Assembly (NCBI GenBank): GCA_030550585.1
Contig: JAUQPB010000001.1
Span: 608,001 to 672,000, forward strand
Direction: 5' to 3'
From: Thermoproteota archaeon
GTDB taxonomy: Archaea > Thermoproteota > Thermoprotei_A > Sulfolobales > Ignisphaeraceae
Length of the DNA: 64,000 nucleotides
In this document: positions 45,258-54,892 of the stretch, piece by piece
How positions within the stretch are numbered: position 1 is the first letter of the stretch
How the letters are laid out: every line of letters begins with the position of its first letter
Made by a program: the position numbers and the translations under genes
The notes under the pieces: generated by a model
The model's input: only the letters and a program-made list of their open reading frames with translations
What the model was told of the DNA's origin: nothing
The model's database searches: none

Positions 45258-45956
45258 ATGAGCATCTCAAAAGCGTTCTCGAAGCTGGTTCTCTTGGTGC
45301 TGAGATCCCTCTTCCTCTATGGTTTTACAGACGCTAGGAGAGGATCAACAATACTACACCTCGTGTTTGCAGTGCTCTCACTATACATTGTTGTGCACAG
45401 CCCATTGGCATCGATACCCATATTCTCAATGCTGATAGCATTCTATATGGTGTTTGGCATAGGGAGTTCACTACTATACTCTGCACTAGTATCCTCTATA
45501 CCTGCCACTTGGATGGGGCTCACAAACCTTCTATACACATGGATTAACAGAGGAATTATATTGCTAACACCCTTCTTAGATGTTTTTATAAGAGCTGAGA
45601 TAGGGTCTATCATAGTATTCTCGTTGATGCAGAATATCAACATAGCCGAGCTATGCTACCTATCATACAGAATATCAAAAACATTTTCGCTGGCCATCGG
45701 ATACTTCTGGAGAATATCGTCACAGATTCTAAAGGAATCTAGCGAAATGCTCTATGTACATGGGCTAAAAGGGGAGAGCTCTTGGAAAACCCTGGCAATG
45801 CTCTTTGTGAGAGGCGATGAAATTGTTGACCAATTTACAGAGGGGGTATACTTGAAACAGTTTAGCTACATGCCTAAACCGATATACAGCAGAAAAACTG
45901 TTCTTGTCCAACTACTCATGGCAATAAGTGTTCTTGTCATAGCATTCCTATTTTGA
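45258..45956 (+). CDS. ECF transporter T component-like membrane protein
   Basis: Multi-TM protein following the S and A components; T-component motifs are divergent. Confidence 0.6.
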   Translation: MSISKAFSKLVLLVLRSLFLYGFTDARRGSTILHLVFAVLSLYIVVHSPLASIPIFSMLIAFYMVFGIGSSLLYSALVSSIPATWMGLTNLLYTWINRGIILLTPFLDVFIRAEIGSIIVFSLMQNINIAELCYLSYRISKTFSLAIGYFWRISSQILKESSEMLYVHGLKGESSWKTLAMLFVRGDEIVDQFTEGVYLKQFSYMPKPIYSRKTVLVQLLMAISVLVIAFLF

Positions 45957-45974
45957 TGATGTATTTGCAATTCA

Positions 45975-48554
45975 TTACAACATATCTCTAACTATCTTTA
46001 AGCTCTTCTCATCTAAGTCACTTAGTAAAGCCTCGAAGAGATTGTCATGTCTATCCCTCATAATTATCTTATCTCTGAATATCATTATACTTCTCCTCCC
46101 ATAAGTCTCAATAGTTGTTAGACCACTATTTGTTTCCAGCTCCCACAGTAGATAATCTCCTTTGAAATCCACTCTTCTAATCCTCCTAACCTTGAAAACC
46201 TTGTTATTAAACTCGATGGCCTTTTCTAATACTTCTAAAGATTCTTTATCAAGTTTCCTATAATCATCGATTATAAGGATCTCTTTCTGATCGTCTGTGT
46301 AGAGCCCTACTACGTGTCTTGCTGTTATTGGGAATAGCAACTTGGGCGTCAAGTCTCTATATAAATTACCTTTATAAATCACATCTACCTTCGCCTTCGA
46401 CTTATTTGATGGGAGAATCTTAACTTCTTCAGCTTTAACTATGTTCATCTCCAGCGATTTCTTCTCCATCTCCTTCTTGGTCATGTCAACGAGTGTTAGA
46501 ACCTCTTTCACATCACCTCCTATTAGCTGGTCCTTAAACATGTTGTACAGTTTGGAATTCTTGTTTAGTAGCAATGTTATGGGATCTCCTTCTTCGACTA
46601 TAGAGCCATTTTCTAGCACAATAACCTTGTCTGCTAATATAACCTCAAAAACGTTGTGTGTTATGAATATGGATGTCTTATCCTTTGTCACATTCATTAT
46701 GGCCATGAATATCTCTCTCTCGTTTATAACATCAAGATTCGATGTAGCTTCGTCGAATAAGTATAGACTTGGGTTTAGCAGTATTGCTCTAGCTATTGCA
46801 AGTCTCTGTCTCTGTCCACCTGACACTTGAGAGCCTCTTTCCCCAAGTTGGGTGTCATAGGCAAATGGCATTTTAACTATTTCATCGTGTATCATCGCTA
46901 TTTTGCATGCTCTCACAATATCTACTGGGTTATACTCTTTTGCTCCATAAGCAACATTGTAGCCAACTGTTGTGTCGAAAAGAACAACTTCTTGAGGAAC
47001 ATAAGCCACTTTGCTTCTTAGACATTTTGGATCAATGTCTCTAATATCATAGTCGTTTACTATTATTCTCCCTTCTTCAGCGTCGAAGTATCTGAGCAAG
47101 AGTTTTACAATTGTTGTTTTTCCAGAGTCGCTTCTACCAACTATTGCTATTTTCTCGCCCTTTCTAATAGACAAGTTGATATCCTTTAGAACTGGCGTTC
47201 TTGGGTCATAGCCAAAAGTTACATCCTTAAACGATATACTCTCTATCCTGTCTATGCAGAGTCCTTTCCCAGTTCTTAGTGTAGGTGATAGTGATAGCAA
47301 CTCTCTTATTCTCTCTGCAGAGACAAGAGACTGTTGCATAGCTGGTATAAGGTTGCTCAAGTTGTTTACAATACCATAGAACTGAGATGCATATGATATG
47401 AAAGCTGTTATTGTTCCAAGCTCCATTCTTTTGCCAAGCACTTGTAGTCCGCCGAACCACCATATCCCAACAGTAGCAATATTTAAGACGAAGCCTAGGA
47501 GGGGCCATGTCAGATTGTTTAGCTTAGCTATTGAAACATTGCTTTCATAGACTCTGTCAAGAAGAAATCTAAATTCTTGTGCTTCATTCTCTTCTTTCAC
47601 AAAAGACTTTACGATGAGATAATTAGGAATTGTTTCATAGATTTTGGAGTAAAGCTCTGAGTTTCTACGCCAATTTGCATGCCATAGAAACCTAGATCTC
47701 TTCCTATAGTGAAGAACTAGCAGAACTATTATTGGTGTTGGCAATAGTATGAATAGAGCTAATCTAGCATCCATATAGAACATAATGCTTCCAACAGCAA
47801 CAATATTAAAGCTATTTGAAATGACTGCTGGAACAGCCCATACAAGAAGCCAGTTAAGGCTATTAACATCATTAACTATCCTTGAGGTTAATCTACCCAC
47901 ACCAATAGCCTCGATCTGCGGCAAGTCAAGGCTCATTACATGGCGGTACAAGGTCTCTGAAAGATCTACAGTAACCTTGTATCCCAGTTTGCTGAGTACG
48001 AAACCACGATAAATTGTTGTAATAGCTATGGCAACATGGGTTGCAACAAGCGTTAGTATAATCGCTATGAACAGCGCTATAGAGGGGCTTGAAGCCAGTA
48101 AAACACTGTCTATGAGGATCTTCATTAGATATGGCGGTAAAAGCCCTACGACCGTTAATAGAATCGATGTAGCTACACCTATCACCAAAGCCTTTTTATA
48201 TTTGCTTAGAATACTCCAAAGCCACTTCAAGGTTCCTACAGATGGCTTCTCAACCCTCTCCCTCTCAACAACAAACTTAGCCCCCTTGTTAAAAGAGTCT
48301 GCAAACCTCTTAAACTCCTCCTCCTTCCTCCTAGTAAAATAGGCAACATCGACCCTATCACCACCACGTGTAACAGCAACAAGCCTGCAGACACTAATGC
48401 CGCAAACAACATCAAGCCTAGCAACATCGTCAACCCTATACAAAAGATTATCTCCACGCCACACACTTAGAGAAGCACCTTCAACTTTTACAACAAGCCT
48501 AGAAAACCTCAAATCCATATCAAGATCTGTCTCAGCATAGCTCATGCAAAGCAC
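45975..48554 (-). CDS. ABC exporter (permease + ATPase) with a C-terminal DUF1854-like domain
   Basis: Six-TM ABC membrane domain, GRSDSGKTT, VSGGQRQRLAIARA, FDEATS; tail with LFPIT, WELETNSG and RDRHDN resembles DUF1854. Confidence 0.8.
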   Translation of the reverse strand: MLCMSYAETDLDMDLRFSRLVVKVEGASLSVWRGDNLLYRVDDVARLDVVCGISVCRLVAVTRGGDRVDVAYFTRRKEEEFKRFADSFNKGAKFVVERERVEKPSVGTLKWLWSILSKYKKALVIGVATSILLTVVGLLPPYLMKILIDSVLLASSPSIALFIAIILTLVATHVAIAITTIYRGFVLSKLGYKVTVDLSETLYRHVMSLDLPQIEAIGVGRLTSRIVNDVNSLNWLLVWAVPAVISNSFNIVAVGSIMFYMDARLALFILLPTPIIVLLVLHYRKRSRFLWHANWRRNSELYSKIYETIPNYLIVKSFVKEENEAQEFRFLLDRVYESNVSIAKLNNLTWPLLGFVLNIATVGIWWFGGLQVLGKRMELGTITAFISYASQFYGIVNNLSNLIPAMQQSLVSAERIRELLSLSPTLRTGKGLCIDRIESISFKDVTFGYDPRTPVLKDINLSIRKGEKIAIVGRSDSGKTTIVKLLLRYFDAEEGRIIVNDYDIRDIDPKCLRSKVAYVPQEVVLFDTTVGYNVAYGAKEYNPVDIVRACKIAMIHDEIVKMPFAYDTQLGERGSQVSGGQRQRLAIARAILLNPSLYLFDEATSNLDVINEREIFMAIMNVTKDKTSIFITHNVFEVILADKVIVLENGSIVEEGDPITLLLNKNSKLYNMFKDQLIGGDVKEVLTLVDMTKKEMEKKSLEMNIVKAEEVKILPSNKSKAKVDVIYKGNLYRDLTPKLLFPITARHVVGLYTDDQKEILIIDDYRKLDKESLEVLEKAIEFNNKVFKVRRIRRVDFKGDYLLWELETNSGLTTIETYGRRSIMIFRDKIIMRDRHDNLFEALLSDLDEKSLKIVRDML

Positions 48555-48718
48555 CTAAATACAAACATAGCACACAAAAATACAAATTTTAAAATTTGAT
48601 GGCGCCAGCAAATATAATTGCATATTCTAAGCCAAACACCTTTTTCAAATGTAAGTTGCAAAGAACTTGGATACAACTTGATCTACGCTTGCTAAACTAG
48701 GTCTTCTCTTGTGGAGAA

Positions 48719-49894
48719 CTAGTAGTAGTTTCCAAGTAGCCATTTATTTCCTATGTAAACTCTTTTTAAACTCGCTTCATGGGCTGTCTCAATTGCTTTT
48801 TTGGCATGTGATATGCTTGTTGGTGGGAGGTCTTTTAGTAGGTGGTCTGGGTGGAAGGCTAGGAATATCACAGGGGTTTCAGGGTCTATAGATGCTATAT
48901 ACTCTGCTATTCCTCTTATCTCGACCTCGTCTATGTATCCCGGAACTAGGAGAACGCTTATTACCAAGAGCGGTATCTCCCTCCTCTTCTTAGCCATTTC
49001 GCTAACAATTTTCACATTCTCTTTTATCCTATCAACAGCTTTTTTACCATCCACACCTGTAAGGGCTTGGTAGACAGATGGTGTCCACGCCTTCCAATCT
49101 ATTTTGACAATACCCCCGCTCTCAAGACTCAGCCTAGCCATTTCGCTCATTATAGACGGGTTTTCGAGCCCGTTCGTCTCCCAGCATATCCTCTTTACAG
49201 CACCTCTTCTTCTAGCCTCTTCAACAATCTTTCTAGAGACCTTTAAAGCGTATACAGTGTGGGGTCCTGGATCCCCGCCGAAGTAGCACACACATGTAAC
49301 CCTGCTTGCCATGGCCGCTTCGAATAGCTCCTCCTCAGACACTCTAAACCTCGCTCTCTGAGCACCATCCACAACAATGTTTTTATGCTCCCAATTCTGG
49401 CAAAACACGCAGTTCAAGTTGCAGCCAGCAAAGAAGACAGCTAGGTTGTAAAAGCCGTGCTCAACACCATTGCGAAGAGCGTACTTGGGGTAGCCAGCAC
49501 CCGTGTAAGCAGGGCAAACAGGTGTTGCAACACAGTTTGTTGGCAGGGGATCTAGATAGTAGTGCAGAACCCCCTTGCCAAAACCCTCGACAGGCTGTAG
49601 AAAACCGCCTTTGTTTGTCCAAACACCACAAAAGCCAACACCATTCAAAGGTATGACACATTCATTTGCACAAAAACTGCATTTAACTCCTCCAGAGCTC
49701 TTCGGAGCCTCGAGGGGGAGCCCAAGACCAATTCTATACGATTTGTGAACAGACATTGCAATGGGTAGAGCCTCCCCAGCTCTAGACCTCAAACAATCTA
49801 CGCAAACACCAATAATGCTACTAACAGTCTTAGAAGACTTTCCACAGACTCTACAAACACCCATGCCACAGACCACTGATCGATAAATAGACAC
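48719..49894 (-). CDS. Radical SAM protein, PFL-activase / AmmeMemoRadiSam-like (start probably ATG 49864)
   Basis: CRVC...CVDC, CSFCANEC...GFCG, CNLNCVFC (CX3CX2C), CYFGGDP, WETNG, AFHP, VYIGN. Confidence 0.85.
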   Translation of the reverse strand: MSIYRSVVCGMGVCRVCGKSSKTVSSIIGVCVDCLRSRAGEALPIAMSVHKSYRIGLGLPLEAPKSSGGVKCSFCANECVIPLNGVGFCGVWTNKGGFLQPVEGFGKGVLHYYLDPLPTNCVATPVCPAYTGAGYPKYALRNGVEHGFYNLAVFFAGCNLNCVFCQNWEHKNIVVDGAQRARFRVSEEELFEAAMASRVTCVCYFGGDPGPHTVYALKVSRKIVEEARRRGAVKRICWETNGLENPSIMSEMARLSLESGGIVKIDWKAWTPSVYQALTGVDGKKAVDRIKENVKIVSEMAKKRREIPLLVISVLLVPGYIDEVEIRGIAEYIASIDPETPVIFLAFHPDHLLKDLPPTSISHAKKAIETAHEASLKRVYIGNKWLLGNYY

Positions 49895-50002
49895 TAGCTA
49901 TCCAGACTATAAAAACAGTGTTGACAGATCGAATAGCAAGCTACTGTCGCATAAAAGCAGATAAGCTTTGGGCAAGCCACAGCAATTGACTGGTGGATCG
50001 AC

Positions 50003-50569
50003 TTGGGCGAAGCAACACTATGGACACTCTTCATAACATTTTTGAAAATCGGCGCTGTTATGTTTGGCGGTGGACAGGCGATGATCCCCATTCTCAGATA
50101 CGAGGTTGTTGTACGCAACCAGTGGCTCTCCGAAGAGGAGTTCCTAGATCTTGTTGCAATAGCAGAGTCGACCCCAGGGCCAATAGCAGTTAACGCCGCT
50201 ACATATATAGGCTACAAAACTTGTGGCCCGATAGGCTCTCTCATAGCAACAATAGCTGTGATACTACCAGCCTTCCTAACAATACTCGCCATAGCCATGG
50301 CGCTACAGAGGTTTTACCAAAACTATATTGTTAGAAGCGTCTTGAACGGGATTAGAGCAGCTGTGATAGGCCTCTTCGCAGCAGCCCTACTAACAGTTGT
50401 TAGAGGCATATACAAAGGGCTACAACCAATCTCAGCAGCAACAACAACAGTGATAGCCATAGCAGTATTCATATCAATCACAATATTCGATGTAGATCCA
50501 ATAATACTCATCATCGCATCAGCAATAGCAGGCCTAGTATTGGGGCTTTTGGGTGTCTGGAATCTGTAA
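50003..50569 (+). CDS. chrA: Short-chain chromate transporter
   Basis: FLKIGAVMFGGG, AIAESTPGPIAVNAATYIGY. Confidence 0.92.
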   Translation: MGEATLWTLFITFLKIGAVMFGGGQAMIPILRYEVVVRNQWLSEEEFLDLVAIAESTPGPIAVNAATYIGYKTCGPIGSLIATIAVILPAFLTILAIAMALQRFYQNYIVRSVLNGIRAAVIGLFAAALLTVVRGIYKGLQPISAATTTVIAIAVFISITIFDVDPIILIIASAIAGLVLGLLGVWNL

Positions 50570-50575
50570 ATATGC

Positions 50576-50842
50576 CTATCTATGTCTAGACCTAGCCAGA
50601 TGTAGTATCAGAGCAAAGAGTATGTGAAGGCCGATAGCAAGACATGTAACGGCCAAGCCAACAAACACATAGAACAGTATATCGCTTTGAAATGTGGAGA
50701 GGTAGAGCAGTATAGTGCCTATAACGATGAAGGCTATAGACTCGAAAAATATGATAATCAGAGAGGAGTTTGAAGAAGATATGCCAGAAGAGGTGTTTGA
50801 AGACAAAAAAATATTTTTGTTTTTGGGTTTCAAGCTAACCAC
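50576..50842 (-). CDS. Small membrane protein (2 TM) downstream of the archaellin gene
   Basis: Two hydrophobic helices, 21 nt after the arlB stop. Confidence 0.5.
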   Translation of the reverse strand: MVSLKPKNKNIFLSSNTSSGISSSNSSLIIIFFESIAFIVIGTILLYLSTFQSDILFYVFVGLAVTCLAIGLHILFALILHLARSRHR

Positions 50843-50862
50843 GTTGACAGTCTTTCCTAAGG

Positions 50863-51540
50863 CTAGCCAAGATCTATAACACTATACGCTAAAGACGCTG
50901 GAACAGTCCTCTCAACAGTTAAAGCAGCACCAATCGGAGGCTTAATCTCAACCTTAAAGACATCATATGGCTTAAGACCAGCTGCAGTTGGTGCACTAAG
51001 AGCTGTTGCTAGTGTTGGGAAGTGAATTACAACCAAAACCTTTTCGCCAGGCTGCAACACAGTATCTCCGTTGTTTCCGGGTCCCCAGACTACTATAACA
51101 CCATTGCTTGCTCCGCTTGCATGATTACATAGGGTGTTTATATCATAACCCTCCACACTAGTTACTGCTTGATTCTTATCGCTATAGAGGTTTGTGCCAG
51201 CCATCTTGTTTATTACCCATACTGCTATGTCTGCTTTTCCTGGTGTTAAATCGACGTCTTTTTGTCCTGCTGATAGTCTAACTGGTATTATGACACATGT
51301 CACTTCTTGGTTAGTTGTATCTACCTTTGCTAGTACTGTTCCGTCTACTTCTAGTGAGCTGCTTGCTTGTGCTAGGCCCTGGGCCATAACCTCTTTGCTT
51401 CTCTGCGTTGTGTAAAAGCCCATGTTTAGTGCTACAAAGGCTAGTGCAGCAGCCACTACAACAAATGCTATTAGCACTATAGCAGCCTCAATACCCACAA
51501 TACCCCTCAACAGTCTCGTTCTCATTTTCATCTGGTTCAC
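50863..51540 (-). CDS. arlB: Archaellin (start probably ATG 51531)
   Basis: RG|IVGIEAAIVLIAFVVVAAALAFVALNMG, GDTVLQPGEK, EIKPPIGAALTVERTVP...IDLG. Confidence 0.95.
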   Translation of the reverse strand: MNQMKMRTRLLRGIVGIEAAIVLIAFVVVAAALAFVALNMGFYTTQRSKEVMAQGLAQASSSLEVDGTVLAKVDTTNQEVTCVIIPVRLSAGQKDVDLTPGKADIAVWVINKMAGTNLYSDKNQAVTSVEGYDINTLCNHASGASNGVIVVWGPGNNGDTVLQPGEKVLVVIHFPTLATALSAPTAAGLKPYDVFKVEIKPPIGAALTVERTVPASLAYSVIDLG

Positions 51541-51571
51541 CTATCCCAAGAAATTTGACACCCCTCAAGAA

Positions 51572-51600
51572 TATTCAAAAGTAGTGCATAAAGGCGACCA
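51572..51600 (-). promoter_or_regulatory. arlB promoter: weak TATA TTTGAATA (51572-51579) plus upstream motif TGGTCGCCT (51592-51600)
   Basis: Same 9-mer and same spacing as in the major pilin promoter. Confidence 0.5.
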
Positions 51601-51797
51601 CACGCCTAGAACAACAAACAAATCAAGCAATAGAATGCGGAGACGCCAGCACGCTAATATGTAGCCCTCTGTTTTGTTCAAGGTGTTTGCTACTGCTACT
51701 ACTGCGGGTTTCTATAAATAGCCTCTTTTGGGGTCTCTTCTTCCCAGCTGTTTCTGTTTCTTTGTCTACTGCCACATGTTTTCTAGTGGGAGTGAAA

Positions 51798-52052
51798 ATG
51801 GGTTTAGCCAAAGAGCTTGCTGTTATTAGGGATGCTAGCGGTGTGGTTGATGTAGATGTTGAGTGTGCTGATAATAGGGTAGTTGTTAGGGTCACTTTCT
51901 TGGGCTCTGTCTCGGTGGGTGAGATTGGTAGGGCTGTTGGTGCTTTGGCAAGGGTTTTCAAGGGCTATAGACTGTCTGGTGTCAGCATATCCTCTCCCAG
52001 CTTCATCGACGTTTTTATAGAGTTTGTTAGGGGTGGTGATAGGGATGGATAG
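51798..52052 (+). CDS. Small hypothetical protein, first gene of the archaellum motor operon
   Basis: ATG 51798 with GGGAGTGA SD; 84 aa; overlaps the start of the ArnR-like gene. Confidence 0.55.
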   Translation: MGLAKELAVIRDASGVVDVDVECADNRVVVRVTFLGSVSVGEIGRAVGALARVFKGYRLSGVSISSPSFIDVFIEFVRGGDRDG

Positions 52053-52971
52053 CTTTGACAGCGTTCCCAACCAGGTTGGCGGTAGTGGTCTGCTAGGCTT
52101 AGACTCTAGGCTACAGGTTTTGAGGGAGCTCGACTCTGTCATAGATTTTGCTAGGGGGTTTCTACAGCTAAGAATTGTTCTATGCCTCGGTATAAAGGGC
52201 CCTATGACCAGCAGGGACATAGCGTCTGTTCTTGGCGAGAGGCAGAAGTCTGTTCTTGACGCTATTAGAAAGCTCGTTTCGAAGGGGCTAATTGTCAAGG
52301 AGTCTGATGGTGGGCTGGACCTATACAAGCTTTCTGACACTGGATTGGATTTCTATAGAAAGCTCCAAAATGTTGTTGGCGATGGCTGGAGACATAGGAT
52401 TTCTAGAGAGGAGAGAAGGGAGATGATACTAGACATAGCATCTGCAATGACCAAATACACGCATTTGATGGATGCTCTAATAGCTGTTGCAACCAGCAAA
52501 AATGGTGAGCTACCTCTTGCTGATATAGCAGATGCTATGAAGCTTAGCATAGACAGGGCCAAGACATACATAGAGATGTTTAGCGACAAGAGAAATGGTG
52601 TAAGAATATTTAAGAGAGTTGAGAGAAACTCTAAGATGTTGGAAAAGCTAGCCAAGATACTCAAGCCCCTTGGTATAAACATAAAAACATCTGTTGTAGT
52701 GTACAAGATTACGGAGGAGGGGCTAACAATATTCTATAAACAGCCATACTACCTCAAATACAAGAAGAGCTTGGCCAGCAGAATAGTTACAAAAATTTTC
52801 GGATCGGCGCACCCAAGGATAGTGCTGAAGAGGATGTCGATAGCAATGCTCGCAGCAACCCTGGCAATCGCCATAATAGCACTGGCTATCAGAACATCAT
52901 TATCACTTGCTTTATTTGGTAGCGTGGCATTTGCAACAACATTGATGTACATAGGCTATAAAGCTATCTAG
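52024..52971 (+). CDS. arnR: ArnR-like membrane-anchored winged-HTH regulator (start probably ATG 52045)
   Basis: LQLRIVLCL..KGPMTSRDIASVLGERQKSVLDAIRKLVSKGLI wHTH, second HTH-like region, two C-terminal TM helices; lies in the archaellum cluster. Confidence 0.75.
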   Translation: MLGVVIGMDSFDSVPNQVGGSGLLGLDSRLQVLRELDSVIDFARGFLQLRIVLCLGIKGPMTSRDIASVLGERQKSVLDAIRKLVSKGLIVKESDGGLDLYKLSDTGLDFYRKLQNVVGDGWRHRISREERREMILDIASAMTKYTHLMDALIAVATSKNGELPLADIADAMKLSIDRAKTYIEMFSDKRNGVRIFKRVERNSKMLEKLAKILKPLGINIKTSVVVYKITEEGLTIFYKQPYYLKYKKSLASRIVTKIFGSAHPRIVLKRMSIAMLAATLAIAIIALAIRTSLSLALFGSVAFATTLMYIGYKAI

Positions 52972-52986
52972 CAGGGGGACAAACCA

Positions 52987-53871
52987 ATGGCTGAGAACAG
53001 GGAGAAGAGAGCTGGTGAATGGCCGTGCAACTGCATTTTCTGTAGGGTATTTGTCCACCCATTTATGAGACGCAGGAAAACGGTTGAAAGCGTTGAAGAG
53101 GCTGTGGCTGTGGAGAGTTTAGTTGAGCAGCCTCCAACACCTCAAGAGGCTCAGAAGCCCCAAATAGATTTCAATGGGATTAAAGAGGCTGTTGCAGAGC
53201 ATGTGACCCTAATTGTTGATTCTAAACTGAAGGAGTTTTCCTCTAGAATAGATGCTGTCGAGGAGGAGGTTAAAAAGGTTAGAGAGGACATGGTTAAGAG
53301 CATCGATGAAGTGAAGAGTGCTCTAGTGGATATAAGAGCTGCTGTCACTGAGATTGCAAATCCATTCAATGTTCTTAGAACATATGCTCAACAAAGTTCT
53401 CGAGGAGCTGCCCCAAAGCCAAACCAGATCATAGAGAATTTTGAGAAGATGTTGGCAGGTATGTTGAAAAACGCTCCCCAGGAGTCTAGCGAGAGTGGGG
53501 AAAACCAGGGAGCAGCATCAGTTGAGGACATAGAGGCTATGTCAAAACAGGTTGTGTTAAAGGGGTACAAAAAACTTGGTTTATCAGGTCTGATAAAGCT
53601 TGTTAAATGGGTTGACGACATGTTGAATAGAGTTCCAAAAGAGGTTATAGAGGAGATAGCAAGGTTTATGAGAGCTGTGAACGCTGTTGATGAAGAGGAT
53701 GAGAGGATCATTCTTAGCGTGATAGAGTTTGTGTACAAGGCTAGAAAGATTGGTTTGAAGATCAACGAGCAGATATTGCATATGTACAACTTGGCAAAGG
53801 TCTTTGGGATAGAGGATAGGGAGGCAAGTGAAGAGGTGTTAAAACTGACTATGAATAGCGAGGTTGGGTAG
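52987..53871 (+). CDS. Archaellum accessory protein, ArlX / ArlC-D-E-like
   Basis: Coiled coil ending in EIANPFN; C-terminal LIKLVKWVDDML...EEIARF helical domain; position before arlG. Confidence 0.6.
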   Translation: MAENREKRAGEWPCNCIFCRVFVHPFMRRRKTVESVEEAVAVESLVEQPPTPQEAQKPQIDFNGIKEAVAEHVTLIVDSKLKEFSSRIDAVEEEVKKVREDMVKSIDEVKSALVDIRAAVTEIANPFNVLRTYAQQSSRGAAPKPNQIIENFEKMLAGMLKNAPQESSESGENQGAASVEDIEAMSKQVVLKGYKKLGLSGLIKLVKWVDDMLNRVPKEVIEEIARFMRAVNAVDEEDERIILSVIEFVYKARKIGLKINEQILHMYNLAKVFGIEDREASEEVLKLTMNSEVG

Positions 53872-53876
53872 AGAAG

Positions 53877-54359
53877 ATGGTTTCTGAAAGCATAAACACA
53901 GCAATAATTGTGACAGCAGGGGTTATACTAGCCGCCATGGTGTCAGCAGCCCTCCTATCACAGTTTGGTGTAATGGACTCTGCAATGAGGTTAACTGTTA
54001 AGAATGCTCAAGACAGGTTGCAGACAGAAATAACAATAGTACTGGCATCCATAAACACCTCTACAACTAGGTACTTCGTCATATATGCAAAGAACGTGGG
54101 AGCAAGATCAATATCGTTGCAAGAGCTGATGCAAACAGATGTATATTTGAAAGACTCCTACAAAACAGTTTTGCTAACATACAATAGTGGTGGGGGGCCC
54201 GGAAAATGGAATTTCACAGAAACTGTTCCTGATGGGGTTTGGGGTGTAGGGGAAACAATAGTTATTAAAGCTTTTAACACAACATCATTCTCCATCCCAA
54301 CAACAATAATAATCGCCCTTCCAAATGGTGTTTCTGCAGAATATCAATACACTGGGTGA
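53877..54359 (+). CDS. arlG: Archaellum stator protein ArlG
   Basis: MVSESINTAII + TM helix, RLQTEITIV, IYAKNVG, WGVGETI, LPNGVS. Confidence 0.85.
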   Translation: MVSESINTAIIVTAGVILAAMVSAALLSQFGVMDSAMRLTVKNAQDRLQTEITIVLASINTSTTRYFVIYAKNVGARSISLQELMQTDVYLKDSYKTVLLTYNSGGGPGKWNFTETVPDGVWGVGETIVIKAFNTTSFSIPTTIIIALPNGVSAEYQYTG

Positions 54360-54886
54360 ACCACATGGGCAGGGGGATATCATCGCCAATATCAGCAGCG
54401 ATAATAGGGTTCACAATAGTTGCTCTAGCCATATACACAACATATGTTACTGTCAATGCTATACTCCAGGTATATACAACACCTAGAGGCAACCAACATA
54501 CGGAATGCGGATATATAAGGCTGGTGAATTCAACCCTATATCCCAATAATACGATTGAAATTGTTATTGAGAATGATGGTCCCAGCACAGTGGCTAGTCT
54601 AGATGATCTAGGCATGGCCCTAGTTCTATATGCGAATAGTAGCCAGTATACATACTCGCTTAGATACTGCGGCTCTCCAGCCCCTGGCTGCTGGGTTGCT
54701 GAGAGCATTGCTGTCGGCTCAAAAACATTTGAGGCCTATAGTAAAAGACCTTTTAGACCTGGCGAAACGCTCTATGCAAAGGCTTTTCCACCAATACAGC
54801 TGACCTCTGCAGACTACAGCTATCTAGCTGTTTTTACAGGGTGTTCAAGGGCGGAGAGGGTTATTATTCCATTAAGTAGTGGGTGA
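54356..54886 (+). CDS. arlF: Archaellum stator protein ArlF
   Basis: GISSPISAAII + TM helix, IVIENDG, PFRPGET; lies between arlG and arlH. Confidence 0.7.
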   Translation: MNHMGRGISSPISAAIIGFTIVALAIYTTYVTVNAILQVYTTPRGNQHTECGYIRLVNSTLYPNNTIEIVIENDGPSTVASLDDLGMALVLYANSSQYTYSLRYCGSPAPGCWVAESIAVGSKTFEAYSKRPFRPGETLYAKAFPPIQLTSADYSYLAVFTGCSRAERVIIPLSSG

Positions 54887-54892
54887 TGGTGC

